Assembly: GCA_002404995.1 (NCBI GenBank) | Contig: DHKY01000004.1 | Span: 122,821 to 186,820, forward strand | DNA from: Bacillales bacterium UBA4682 | Lineage (GTDB): Bacteria > Bacillota_I > Bacilli_A > RFN20 > CAG-288 | DNA: 64,000 nucleotides | Reading direction: 5' to 3' | Shown: one piece after another, positions 17,090 through 26,662 of the stretch | Layout of the letters: each line of letters opens with the position of its first letter | Position numbering within the stretch: position 1 is the first letter of the stretch | Notes under the pieces: generated by a model | The model's database searches: none | The model's input: only the letters and a program-made list of their open reading frames with translations | Told to the model about the DNA's origin: nothing | Translations under genes and position numbers: made by a program

Positions 17090-18082
17090 TTAATCAAGCA
17101 CATAATTCAGGAGATTGTAGTTACTCCACCATAAGCCGATTTCATTTTTTGAACCATAATGGTATAACAAACTTCCAATCATCCTTATCACACCTTTTGT
17201 AAGGCATGGCAAATAATGTCCGATAATATATTTGAACAAGGTAATAATCCTTCCAACTACGGAAGTGCAATTCCAAGCCGACACAAAAGTATAAATAATA
17301 TCCGCCAGATCTTCCAACTTATCCATCAATTCTTGACTAAAATAAGTTGATATTTCCCCTAGAGAATCATCAGCAACAGCAATCAAGTCTGAAAAGAAGT
17401 CTGACTTACTAGAACGAAACAAATCACGAATATCCTTTAGCATACCGAAATTAACGAGACACCCCATGAATCCTAAAAATGTAGTAAAAGGATAATTAGC
17501 AGTAAACGAGACTTGGAACCATCCGTATTTCACATCAGACCAAGGCCAAATATTAGGTGAAAAGATATCCTGAGTTGTGATTCCCGATGAATAAGGCTGA
17601 AAGAAACCATTTTGGTCAATAATGCCATATTCCTGCTCTGTAAGTTCGTTCATTAAAGCCCTGTTATCTGAAACATATTTAAGTTTTCTGTAATTTAACT
17701 TATATTCTTCATTATCATCTTGATAAGAAACTCCGTATTGTTCTTCATAATCATCAGGACATAATTTTTCATCGTTTACTGGCCTTTCCTCGTAAACTGA
17801 ATTATCAAGCTCAATATGGCTACTATCAAATCCGACAAATTGGCTAATCGTATCAATGTCATCCTCACTCAGCTGATTGTTCATTTCTTCATGGTCTATT
17901 CCCAAAACAGCATTCTCATCCAGCTTTGGATCAAGCTGTGAGACTTCTATATCAAATTTTTCCTGATTTTCATCCGTTCCAGAAGAATCGGAGGTGTCAG
18001 TAGCACTATAAGGAGAAGGAGTAAAAGAGCACAGAAGAAGAGAAGCAAGTGGAGCCAGAATCAAGCGAAATAGTTTTTTCAT
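17090..18082 (-). CDS. Secreted (lipo)protein: acidic N-terminal region plus hydrophobic C-terminal domain (toxin-like)
   Basis: True start MKKLFRLILAPLASLLLCSF (signal peptide with a candidate lipobox Cys) at 18082 with GGAGG SD. D/E/S-rich spacer. The C-terminus ...GFMGCLVNFGML...IGLWWSNYNLLNYVLD is duplicated as an orphan fragment downstream. Confidence 0.6.
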   Translation of the reverse strand: MKKLFRLILAPLASLLLCSFTPSPYSATDTSDSSGTDENQEKFDIEVSQLDPKLDENAVLGIDHEEMNNQLSEDDIDTISQFVGFDSSHIELDNSVYEERPVNDEKLCPDDYEEQYGVSYQDDNEEYKLNYRKLKYVSDNRALMNELTEQEYGIIDQNGFFQPYSSGITTQDIFSPNIWPWSDVKYGWFQVSFTANYPFTTFLGFMGCLVNFGMLKDIRDLFRSSKSDFFSDLIAVADDSLGEISTYFSQELMDKLEDLADIIYTFVSAWNCTSVVGRIITLFKYIIGHYLPCLTKGVIRMIGSLLYHYGSKNEIGLWWSNYNLLNYVLD

Positions 18083-18437
18083 ACAACCTCCATTAAAAAA
18101 CAACCAGGATTCTAAAACAGATTTTAAGCCACAGCAACAAAACCTTTTTTCATGAAAAAACAAAAAGTTGAAGTAAAGGAATGAAAAGAATATAATCCTC
18201 AAATCAAAGAAACTAGAAGCAAAAAGATATAGGATTCTTTATAAGCCTCCGTATTTTGTCACCTAATCAACCGAATTTTATGACCCTTGCATTTGTTTCG
18301 AGGTGCAAACGCTTATTTCATGTTTTAAAATCCTCTGAAAGGTGCAATAAAATAAAAACAAAAGATAACCAAAGAAGAAAGCCATTAACATGAAACCGTT
18401 TTCTAAGATACAAAAAGAGAGCGTTTCCGCTCCCTTG

Positions 18438-19751
18438 CTATTGCTTGATTTTGTTCTTCGAACGCTTCAATGCAGCCCATTTCGGATTCGTGAAGATACC
18501 TTTGAAAATCGGGGCCGCCTGAAGAATCCTATAGAAAGGAACAAGGAACATCGAAGCGACAAGAACTTTCTTGTTCGTCACAAACAGACGTTTCTTGACG
18601 CTGAAGTAGGAATAAATCGGTTGAACGAAGAATGGAATGACTAATGCAACACAAAGGGCGATGACAATGAACCAGACAAACCACCTCAGATTATAGCTTC
18701 CGACTCCAGAAATGACCCTTGTATTTCCAAGTCCAGTATAAATCAGGGCATAAATATAGTAGAGAGGAATCCAGATAGCAGCAACTAGGCTAGCCGGAAC
18801 AATGGCAATATTACAGTATTGGTCAAGATACGACATTTTTGTCGAGAAGGGAACATCCTTCTTGAACAGGTTCTTGAAGAAAAGGCTAAGGCACTTGAAC
18901 CCAAGTGTGAAGTAAAGCCGGAAAAGACCATGTCCCATTCTGGCATTCCGCTTTGCCCTCTCGGATACAGAGGTCGGCTGATCTTCATAGACAACAGCCT
19001 GATCAATATATTCGACTTTCTTTCCGTCCTTAATCAGACGGTTCAGAGTAAACTCGATATCATCGCTAGAAGACATGGCATCCCAGTCCAGAGCATATTC
19101 AGCCTTGACCCTGCTTGCACAGCCGTTCCTCACGCAGCCAATATGCATTGCCGATCTTGCTTTGCAGGCCACCTGATCGTCCCGGATGTAATAAAGTCCG
19201 TTCCTGCAAGAGACGATATTCTCAGTAAAGTTCTTGCTGTTCTCAAAGGTACGTCCAAGTTCGACACCGCTATCAGCAGCATCATTGCAGGCCTTGAGAT
19301 AGTTCTTGTCAAGCTGATTGTCGGCATCGATGAAGCAGAAGTACTCGTACTTTCCTTCCCCTTCTTTCTTCAGTTCCTGCCTGCCATAGTACCTGCAATA
19401 AGACGCTTTCCGGTGTTTCGGATCATCATCGAAGATTTCAATGGCGCGTCCGCCATGCTGACGGACGATTTCCGCAGTATTGTCTGTGCAGTTGTGGCAG
19501 AAGACAATGACACGGAATTTGTCTTTTGGATAATCGAGTTTCCTGCAGGAATCCACGGCATCCGCAATCACATCTGCCTCATTCCGAGCACGGATAATGA
19601 TTGTAAAATCATGATATTTTTCTGCTTTCTTGTATTTCCGCGGTTTTAAGAACAGAAGACAGCCAAATAGAAGCTGAAAGAAGAAAGAGCCGAGAATGAA
19701 AATCAGCCTGACGATGTTTACCCAGAAGAGAACGTTGTTCAGAATATCCAT
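18438..19751 (-). CDS. Family-2 glycosyltransferase, membrane-bound
   Basis: 437 aa; N-terminal TM, FTIIIRARNEADVIADAVDS, DADNQLD (DxD), C-terminal TM helices. Confidence 0.8.
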   Translation of the reverse strand: MDILNNVLFWVNIVRLIFILGSFFFQLLFGCLLFLKPRKYKKAEKYHDFTIIIRARNEADVIADAVDSCRKLDYPKDKFRVIVFCHNCTDNTAEIVRQHGGRAIEIFDDDPKHRKASYCRYYGRQELKKEGEGKYEYFCFIDADNQLDKNYLKACNDAADSGVELGRTFENSKNFTENIVSCRNGLYYIRDDQVACKARSAMHIGCVRNGCASRVKAEYALDWDAMSSSDDIEFTLNRLIKDGKKVEYIDQAVVYEDQPTSVSERAKRNARMGHGLFRLYFTLGFKCLSLFFKNLFKKDVPFSTKMSYLDQYCNIAIVPASLVAAIWIPLYYIYALIYTGLGNTRVISGVGSYNLRWFVWFIVIALCVALVIPFFVQPIYSYFSVKKRLFVTNKKVLVASMFLVPFYRILQAAPIFKGIFTNPKWAALKRSKNKIKQ

Positions 19752-19756
19752 AGAAT

Positions 19757-20566
19757 TTATCTCCTTTTGTCCTGAATCGAATCCAGATGATCAAGCAGAA
19801 CCAAATCATGTCGTCGAACAAACTCCACAGCCTCGAATTCAGCAGCATCATCGCTAAGCTGATTCGGAGCATGGGCATCACAGCCAAGGATGCATGGTGC
19901 TCTGTATTTTCCAGCTAAGGAGAAAAATTCATCCGTCGGATACCTGTAACGGACTTTGTTTCCGATTTTTGTTCTTCCTTTCCGGATACCGCCCCTATTG
20001 ATTTCAAGAGGAACATTATAGGCAATGCTCGCCTCAATCAAAGAGCAGGATACCTTCTTGCAATCACTATCGAAATTCTCGATGGAAGCCAGGAAATAAT
20101 CCGGATGAGCAAAAATCGAGAACCTGCCTGTCGACCTTGCTTTGACGGCAAGGTCCCGGTATTCATAAAGCTGGGATGGACTAGTTATAGAGATGAAACG
20201 GGAAACAATATGGTGATGGTCATCCCTCGAGGCATGATTACCTAAAATCCTGTAATCAATGACACCACTGTCAAGAAGTTCCTTATAATAAGGAAAATAG
20301 CAAAGAAAAGCCTCGGCTTCAAAGCCAAGATAAATATCCAGACGGTCCTTATATTCCTTTTTCAGATGATTAATAGACTGACAATAGTCATCAAAAAGGG
20401 AGTAGTCGCCTCTCGTATAAGGTTGCGAAAAACCGGGTAGCCTGATGTGATCAGAGAAACCAAAGCGCCGGAACCCATGTCCTAAGGCTTCTAGAACATA
20501 GTCCTCATCTTCACCCGTTGCGTGTCCGCAACGTTTCGTATGGGTATGATAGTTAGCAGTCAGCAT
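19757..20566 (-). CDS. PHP-family phosphoesterase (histidinol-phosphatase-like)
   Basis: MLTANYHTHTKRCGHATGE...FSDH...AHPDY...GCDAH. Start at 20566. Confidence 0.75.
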   Translation of the reverse strand: MLTANYHTHTKRCGHATGEDEDYVLEALGHGFRRFGFSDHIRLPGFSQPYTRGDYSLFDDYCQSINHLKKEYKDRLDIYLGFEAEAFLCYFPYYKELLDSGVIDYRILGNHASRDDHHHIVSRFISITSPSQLYEYRDLAVKARSTGRFSIFAHPDYFLASIENFDSDCKKVSCSLIEASIAYNVPLEINRGGIRKGRTKIGNKVRYRYPTDEFFSLAGKYRAPCILGCDAHAPNQLSDDAAEFEAVEFVRRHDLVLLDHLDSIQDKRR

Positions 20567-20673
20567 AATAAAAGTCTTGTGTTTTATTTTAAACGAATTG
20601 AATCCTATGTTCAACCACGAATAAAATCCATAACAGAAAAAGGCAGCGCAGGGCTGCCTAATTCCACAGGTAA

Positions 20674-22215
20674 CTATTCTAATTCAATCGTTGACGGAGG
20701 TTTGGAAGTGAAATCGTAGAGGACACGGTTCACACCATGCACTTCATTCACAATGCGGTCGACAACTGTCTGAAGCAGGTCATAAGGAAGCGGATAGGGT
20801 TTTGCAGTCCTAAAATCATCCGTTTGGACCGCACGCAGGCAGATTGCATAATCATAAGTCCGACCATCTCCCCTGACGCCGACAGAACGCCTATTCGTTA
20901 AGGCAGCAAAATACTGGGAGATTTTCTTATCCAGTCCTGCTTTCTTGATTTCCTCACGATAGATCAGGTCGGCATCCTGGACAATCTTGACTTTATCCGG
21001 AGTGACTTCGCCGATGACACGGATTCCAAGGCCCGGTCCCGGGAAGGGCTGACGATAGACAATGCTCTCCGGAAGTCCGAGAAGAAGCCCGACTTCCCGG
21101 ACTTCATCTTTGAAGAGATTCTTCAACGGCTCGACAAGGCCTTTGAAGGACCTGTTCTTCGGCAGGCCGCCGACGTTATGATGGGATTTGATTTTTGCCG
21201 AGATTCCAAGTCCGGATTCAATACGATCGGGATAGATGGTTCCCTGAGCGAGATATTCGCAATCGGAAAGTTTCTTGGTTTCCTCTTCAAAGACTTCCAA
21301 GAAAGTAGCACCGATGATTTTACGTTTCTTCTCCGGCTCACTGACTCCTTTCAGACGTTCAAAGAAGAGAGCACTTGCATCCACCGGAATAAAGTTCAGA
21401 TCGAATTTTCCTTTTTCCCCGAAGGTCGCTTCAACTTCTTCCGGTTCGTTCTTACGCCTCAGTCCATGGTTGACAAAGACACAATATAGATTCTTTCCGA
21501 TTGCCTTGGAGAGAAGAGCAGCGGTAACCGCAGAATCCACACCACCGGAAAGTCCAAGAATCACCTTCTTATCCTTGACCTGTTCACGGATTTCCTTGAT
21601 GGTCTCATCAATGAAGTTCTCGCTCTTCCAATCAGGAACGCAGTGGCAGATCTGATAGACAAAGTTCTCGATGACTTTCTGTCCCTCGACAGAATGCGTG
21701 ACTTCCGGATGGAACTGCGTAGCATAGATATTCAAGGCTTCATTCTCGAAGGATGCATTCGGACAGGTTTTGCTTCTGGAAGTGGAAACGAATCCGTCCG
21801 GAAGCTTCGTGACTTGGTCCGTATGGGACATGAAAACAGAAGTCTGTTCATGAATTCCCTTCAGAAGGAAAGAAGGCTGAGTCAGCTCAATATCCGTTTT
21901 TCCATACTCGCTCTTGATAGCCGGTTCGACTTTTCCGTTAAGCAGATAAGCGATGAGCTGTGCACCGTAGCAGATGCCAAGGACCGGTTTTCCAAGAGAG
22001 AATACTTCTTTGGAGATTTTCGGGGATTCTTCCAAATAAACGGAATTCGGACCTCCGGTGAAAATGATTCCCTTAATAGAAGGATCCTTCAGCTTTTCTA
22101 AATCTATCGTATAGGGAAGAACCTCGGAATAGACATGACACTGGCGGACTCTTCTTGCAATCAGCTGATTGTACTGACCACCGAAATCAATCACGACAAT
22201 CTTGTTTGAAGCCAT
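20674..22215 (-). CDS. guaA: GMP synthase (glutamine-hydrolysing)
   Basis: KIVVIDFGGQYNQLIARRVR, GICYGAQL, LSGGVDSAV, C-terminal dimerisation ...YDFTSKPPSTIELE. Start MASNK at 22215. Confidence 0.97.
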   Translation of the reverse strand: MASNKIVVIDFGGQYNQLIARRVRQCHVYSEVLPYTIDLEKLKDPSIKGIIFTGGPNSVYLEESPKISKEVFSLGKPVLGICYGAQLIAYLLNGKVEPAIKSEYGKTDIELTQPSFLLKGIHEQTSVFMSHTDQVTKLPDGFVSTSRSKTCPNASFENEALNIYATQFHPEVTHSVEGQKVIENFVYQICHCVPDWKSENFIDETIKEIREQVKDKKVILGLSGGVDSAVTAALLSKAIGKNLYCVFVNHGLRRKNEPEEVEATFGEKGKFDLNFIPVDASALFFERLKGVSEPEKKRKIIGATFLEVFEEETKKLSDCEYLAQGTIYPDRIESGLGISAKIKSHHNVGGLPKNRSFKGLVEPLKNLFKDEVREVGLLLGLPESIVYRQPFPGPGLGIRVIGEVTPDKVKIVQDADLIYREEIKKAGLDKKISQYFAALTNRRSVGVRGDGRTYDYAICLRAVQTDDFRTAKPYPLPYDLLQTVVDRIVNEVHGVNRVLYDFTSKPPSTIELE

Positions 22216-22330
22216 TGTATTTTTCCTCACTTTTCTATTATACCGAAATAATCAGAAAGAAATTCCTAAATCCGTTTCCAAAAGACAAAAGTTCCCTTTT
22301 TCAGAATTTTCGCTTACAATAAAGAGGCAT

Positions 22331-23062
22331 ATGAATAAAGAAGAACTCATCGAACGAATCAAACAGATTACAGACCGGAAGCAGCTCTCTTTCTTTGTCG
22401 ACGGAGAACAGGCAAGGGACCGGTTCAACCACGACGAGAACGAAAAGAGCGAAGTCATCCTTGACCATGGTTCAAACAGGGCTTTCCTCTTATTCAAATG
22501 GATTTCCTACAGTGTCTTTGCAAAGGCCAAGGGAGCAAACAAGGCAAAGAATATTCTTCCCATCTATAGCCGCATCTTCGAGAAATACGGATTAGAAGAA
22601 AACACCACGGAAGAAGCCATCAAAACAGTCAAGGATTTCCTGATTGGAAATGGAACAGTCACAAACAGCATGCTTTGCGATTCTAGGTATCCGTTCTCAC
22701 TGCAGGAAGAAATCAGCCGTTACCCGGACGATGAAAAAGAAATCAGGAAAGCCTACAACAAGCAAAAAGAAATCATCTTCAATCAGGTCAATCTCTTCAC
22801 TCAGGCAAGGTTCCGGTGCTTCCTTCTTGACAAAGCCTTGGATCCGAACGATATCTGTCCGGACCTGGACAATTTCTCCTCCGGAATCGTCTATTGCCAT
22901 CATAAAAGGTTCATTCCAACCATCAATGGTTCTTATTCTCTCTCTTCTTTCAAAGAAGAAGCCATCAAAGGAATCAAGGAAGCCAGCGCCAGCTTCCCCT
23001 ACGAAAGGGTAGAAAAAATCATGCTCTTCTATCCAAGCGTTGGCCTATCCATCAGTTACTAA
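22331..23062 (+). CDS. Hypothetical cytoplasmic protein
   Basis: 244 aa ORF starting MNKEELIERIKQ. No motif recognised. Confidence 0.5.
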   Translation: MNKEELIERIKQITDRKQLSFFVDGEQARDRFNHDENEKSEVILDHGSNRAFLLFKWISYSVFAKAKGANKAKNILPIYSRIFEKYGLEENTTEEAIKTVKDFLIGNGTVTNSMLCDSRYPFSLQEEISRYPDDEKEIRKAYNKQKEIIFNQVNLFTQARFRCFLLDKALDPNDICPDLDNFSSGIVYCHHKRFIPTINGSYSLSSFKEEAIKGIKEASASFPYERVEKIMLFYPSVGLSISY

Positions 23063-23097
23063 CAGCCTGCGTGTTCCATGCAGGCTGTTTTGCTTTT
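23063..23097 (+). terminator. Rho-independent terminator
   Basis: Stem cagcctgc/gcaggctg, then ttttgctttt. Confidence 0.6.
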
Positions 23098-23144
23098 CCG
23101 TCGAGCAACTGCCATTTTCTTTAATTAGAAAGAAGAAGCAAAGC

Positions 23145-23176
23145 AAAAAAGCCTGGCGTTTCGCCAGGCTTTTTGA
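23145..23176. terminator. Bidirectional terminator
   Basis: aaaaaagcctggcg-tttc-gccaggcttttt. Confidence 0.65.
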
Positions 23177-24394
23177 TTATTTGTTATCGTCTTTCTTATC
23201 TTTTGTAAAGTCGAATACGCCACCGACAGGATCTTCATCCATAGTACTTTTTGGTTCCGGTTTTGGAGGATTATCCTTTGGCTGATAATCCGGTTTCCTG
23301 TTTTCCGAATTCGGTGCGAAGGGATTCGGCTGGTTGAAAGGAGAATAGAATTCATTGGATCCGCTTCCTTGATCGGCAGGGATAAAGCATCCGCGTCTTG
23401 CACTCTCTTCTCCATGGATATAGTTGGGATTGCAGTAGGTCTGGTAGATGGACACCTTCCTAGTCGGAGGAAGGGAAGAAAGAAGCTTATCCTGGCTTTC
23501 TTCAATGACGGAATAGGCATTGATAAGAATAAAGGCATTCAGGAACAGGAACAGGAAGAAGCCGACCATTGGAGTAATCCTCCTGATCAGAAGAACAAAA
23601 TTCGAGTTATTGGTTTCGATGTTGCTGACGCCGAAGATTGTCAATCCGTAGACTAAGGCATAAACAATCAGATAAGGCCAGTTCTTGGAAAAATATTTCT
23701 TCCTTCGGAAGCCTGCAGTGAAGGAGGCAAAGCTGCCTTTGGCAAGGTTTCTTGCCTGACCAGAAGAAATGTTCTTGTCAATATCCGGAAGGACAATGGT
23801 TGCGACATAGTGGTTCGAGAGATTCCTGTCAATATTGAAGAAGAGATAGAAAATCGGAAGGAAGAAAATCAATGCAGCAACGATAGAAAGAGGCTGGCAT
23901 AATCCACCCCTGTTCTGAGCAACGACCAAGGTCAGGTTCTGTGCATTGCCACCAGCAATTGCCTCCTGAATCGCTTGATAAGAAATCTTTGCAGCTGGGA
24001 AACAGTTCCTCAGCGGAACCATTAAGGAATACCTGAGGAAGTACCTCACCCTTCCTAAGACAAAGCTTCCAATCAGGGATAAGATGACACCGAAAATTCC
24101 AGCCTGGTTTTCCTGGAAGAAAGCACGATATCCATCTGCATAGCTGAATTTCGGATTGCCGATTCCAGATACAAGGCAACGGATTCTTTTTTCCACGGTA
24201 TAGAACATCGGGAGAATGAAGTAAAGGAAGAAAAAGGAAAGTCCCCTGGTATAAACGGAAGCAAACAGAAGTCCGCAGGCTAGAATGCAGGGAGGAAGCA
24301 AAAGCAACAAAGAAAAGAAGAGCTCTTTTTTCCTAGCTCGCTTCCGGCGTTTCTCGAATCGTTCTTCGAAATCCTTATCAATTTCTTTTTTCAT
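23177..24394 (-). CDS. Multi-pass membrane protein with Pro/Asn-rich disordered C-terminal tail; function unknown
   Basis: 405 aa with ~8 hydrophobic segments. Tail ...NQPNPFAPNSENRKPDYQPKDNPPKPEPK. Confidence 0.5.
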   Translation of the reverse strand: MKKEIDKDFEERFEKRRKRARKKELFFSLLLLLPPCILACGLLFASVYTRGLSFFFLYFILPMFYTVEKRIRCLVSGIGNPKFSYADGYRAFFQENQAGIFGVILSLIGSFVLGRVRYFLRYSLMVPLRNCFPAAKISYQAIQEAIAGGNAQNLTLVVAQNRGGLCQPLSIVAALIFFLPIFYLFFNIDRNLSNHYVATIVLPDIDKNISSGQARNLAKGSFASFTAGFRRKKYFSKNWPYLIVYALVYGLTIFGVSNIETNNSNFVLLIRRITPMVGFFLFLFLNAFILINAYSVIEESQDKLLSSLPPTRKVSIYQTYCNPNYIHGEESARRGCFIPADQGSGSNEFYSPFNQPNPFAPNSENRKPDYQPKDNPPKPEPKSTMDEDPVGGVFDFTKDKKDDNK

Positions 24395-24398
24395 TCGT

Positions 24399-25052
24399 TT
24401 ACGAATCCTTTCTTCGCTGTTTCCTCTTTTCCTTTGTCTGGTCCGAAATGTTCTTCAATTGCTTTGCAATCCGGTCCGTCTGTTCATGGCTGATCAGGGA
24501 AACTTCATCCGTCTCGGCAATTTTAATCGTCTTCTCTAAATCCTTATAGGGAAGGAACCAAGTACCTTGTTCTTTCCTTGCAATGCCTTTTGGAACATCC
24601 AGTGCATTGTTGTAGACAATAACCGAAACAAACCTTTTGTCTTCCGGAGAGCAGGAGCAGGCCTGTTCGAGCTTTTGGGTCTTTGCAATCAAGGGGGGAA
24701 GCGGATTCTTGACTTTGATATTCGTGTCTTCGTCTTTCTTCAAAAAGAGGTAGGGATCCTTGACGTTTCCGTACAATGCTCCGAATCCGACAAAAGTCTC
24801 GACAATATAGATATAGCGGTCACCAAAGAGAATATGACCGAAAGAAGTCGGGAAAGTATCCGAAAGAAGACTTGCCTTCACATCATGAAGAAGAAGAAAG
24901 TCATTTTCATCTGCAATATAGTTAAGCGTCTTCGCTACTTTCGAATCCAGTTTTTTCTTTTCCCGTGTTTTTTCAAAACAAATACGGAACAGCCTATATA
25001 GGGAAAAGACAAGGATTAACAGGGCAAGGACTAGCCTGAGCCATCCGATCAT
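24399..25052 (-). CDS. NERD-domain-like membrane-anchored protein
   Basis: N-terminal TM, GHILFGDRYIYIVETFVGFG...VKNPLPPLIAKTQKLEQ...FVSVIVYNNAL resembles the nuclease-related domain (NERD) core. Unverified. Confidence 0.45.
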   Translation of the reverse strand: MIGWLRLVLALLILVFSLYRLFRICFEKTREKKKLDSKVAKTLNYIADENDFLLLHDVKASLLSDTFPTSFGHILFGDRYIYIVETFVGFGALYGNVKDPYLFLKKDEDTNIKVKNPLPPLIAKTQKLEQACSCSPEDKRFVSVIVYNNALDVPKGIARKEQGTWFLPYKDLEKTIKIAETDEVSLISHEQTDRIAKQLKNISDQTKEKRKQRRKDS

Positions 25053-25053
25053 A

Positions 25054-25755
25054 TTATTCCTTAATGCAGTCTAAAGCGACTTCCCTCCTGTGGGTAAAGG
25101 ACTTGACTCTTTCTTCACTGGTGGTTTCCTGATGACTGACAAGGGAATCCGAAATTGTCAGAATAGCAAGTGCTTCCTTATGAAGCTGGGCAGCAGTCGA
25201 GAAAAGAGCATAGGCTTCCATTTCCACAGCAAGGATGCCCCTATCTGCCCATTTCTGCCAATCGTTGTCATTATAGAAATTGTCCGAAGACAAAACCTGG
25301 CCAACCTTGAAAGCATATTTGTGTTCCCGGCAGGACTTCACTGCCTCTTCCAGAACAGGATAAGAAGAAATGGCGGAATACGTGCCAGTCAAGCCATACT
25401 GATGCTGCCAAGCAGAATTCGTGCTTGCGCCCTGAGCGACAACGATATCGAAGAGGTTCAGATCCTTGACAGTCGCACCGGCCGTTCCGATACGGATAAT
25501 ACGCTCCACATCATAGTCATGGAATAATTCATAGGAATAGATGCCAATCGAGGGCCTTCCCATGCCAGAGCCCCTGACAGATACTTTCTTTCCTTTATAA
25601 TAGCCCGTATAGCCAAACCTGTTGCGGACAGTATTGACCTGCTTGACATCCGTCAGGAAAGTCTCCGCGATAAACTTGGCACGAAGAGGGTCTCCCGGCC
25701 TCAAAACAGTCTTTGCGAAATCGCCTTTATTTGCTTCATTGTGTGGTGTAGACAT
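25054..25755 (-). CDS. deoD: Purine nucleoside phosphorylase, DeoD type
   Basis: ...GSGMGRPSIGIYSYEL...RIGTAGA...LAVEMEAYALF. Confidence 0.93.
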   Translation of the reverse strand: MSTPHNEANKGDFAKTVLRPGDPLRAKFIAETFLTDVKQVNTVRNRFGYTGYYKGKKVSVRGSGMGRPSIGIYSYELFHDYDVERIIRIGTAGATVKDLNLFDIVVAQGASTNSAWQHQYGLTGTYSAISSYPVLEEAVKSCREHKYAFKVGQVLSSDNFYNDNDWQKWADRGILAVEMEAYALFSTAAQLHKEALAILTISDSLVSHQETTSEERVKSFTHRREVALDCIKE

Positions 25756-25817
25756 AACTTTTTCTCCTTTGTCTATATTATGTGGAATCCGGATAAGCTA
25801 AACTATCCGGTTAACCT

Positions 25818-26591
25818 CTACCTTAATGCGTTGTGGAGTACTTGAGAGAACTCATCGCTAGTCACACGATCCCTGACTCCGCCATGAGCAATACCGATAC
25901 GTCCTGTTTCTTCTGAGACGATGATGGTCACAGAATCGTTTACTTCCTGGGAAATACCAAGTGCAGCACGATGCCGTGCTCCAAATTTCCCTTCGATGAC
26001 TTTCGTTGACGGCGGATAATAGACCGCTGCAGCAACAATCTTATCTCCTCGGATAATAATGGCGCCATCATGAAGACGCGTTCCTTCATAAAAAATCGTC
26101 TCGATGATTTCCGGAGTGACAGGGCAATTGATGATAGTCCCGTTCTTCCTGTATTCGTTCCTTGGTGTTTTCTTTTCAAAGGTTATCAAGGCACCCGTTT
26201 TGCTTTGACTTAGCCAGCGAACGGCTTCCGTGACATTCTTGATGGTTTCTTCATCCGTGCAGCTTGTCTGCCTGGAAGTACTTGCGTTTCCTTTTTTCAG
26301 CGGTCGAATCAAATACTGGCGGATAATTCCAGTATTCTGGATCCTTGTGACCATGCAGATAAAGATCATCCTCAGCAGGACAAGCGAGAGGATACCCCTG
26401 TTCTGAAACAGGCAAGAAGCCGCAAAGCCAAGATCTAAGGCAGCAAACAGAATGAACACACGTGCTCTTTTGATTTTGTAGGCAACAAAGAAAGTAGAAA
26501 TAAAAATCAAGGCAACGGATATCGCATAGGCGATGATTTTCCCAGTGTTATCTAAGGCAATCAAATTATTCGTCAAGATCAATGTACTCAT
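25818..26591 (-). CDS. cdaA: Diadenylate cyclase CdaA (DisA_N domain)
   Basis: Three N-terminal TM helices, then GALITFEKK...LHDGAIIIRGDKIVAAAVYYP...GARHRAALGISQ...DSVTIIVSEETGRI. Confidence 0.9.
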   Translation of the reverse strand: MSTLILTNNLIALDNTGKIIAYAISVALIFISTFFVAYKIKRARVFILFAALDLGFAASCLFQNRGILSLVLLRMIFICMVTRIQNTGIIRQYLIRPLKKGNASTSRQTSCTDEETIKNVTEAVRWLSQSKTGALITFEKKTPRNEYRKNGTIINCPVTPEIIETIFYEGTRLHDGAIIIRGDKIVAAAVYYPPSTKVIEGKFGARHRAALGISQEVNDSVTIIVSEETGRIGIAHGGVRDRVTSDEFSQVLHNALR

Positions 26592-26662
26592 GAATTAAAC
26601 CTGCTTCGTTATTAGTATATCCAAGGAAAAAGAATAAAGAAAGAGAATTTCTGATTTCAGAT

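Noticed and set aside
18819-19649. 276-aa plus-strand ORF
   Set aside because: Antisense to the well-supported GT2 glycosyltransferase gene.
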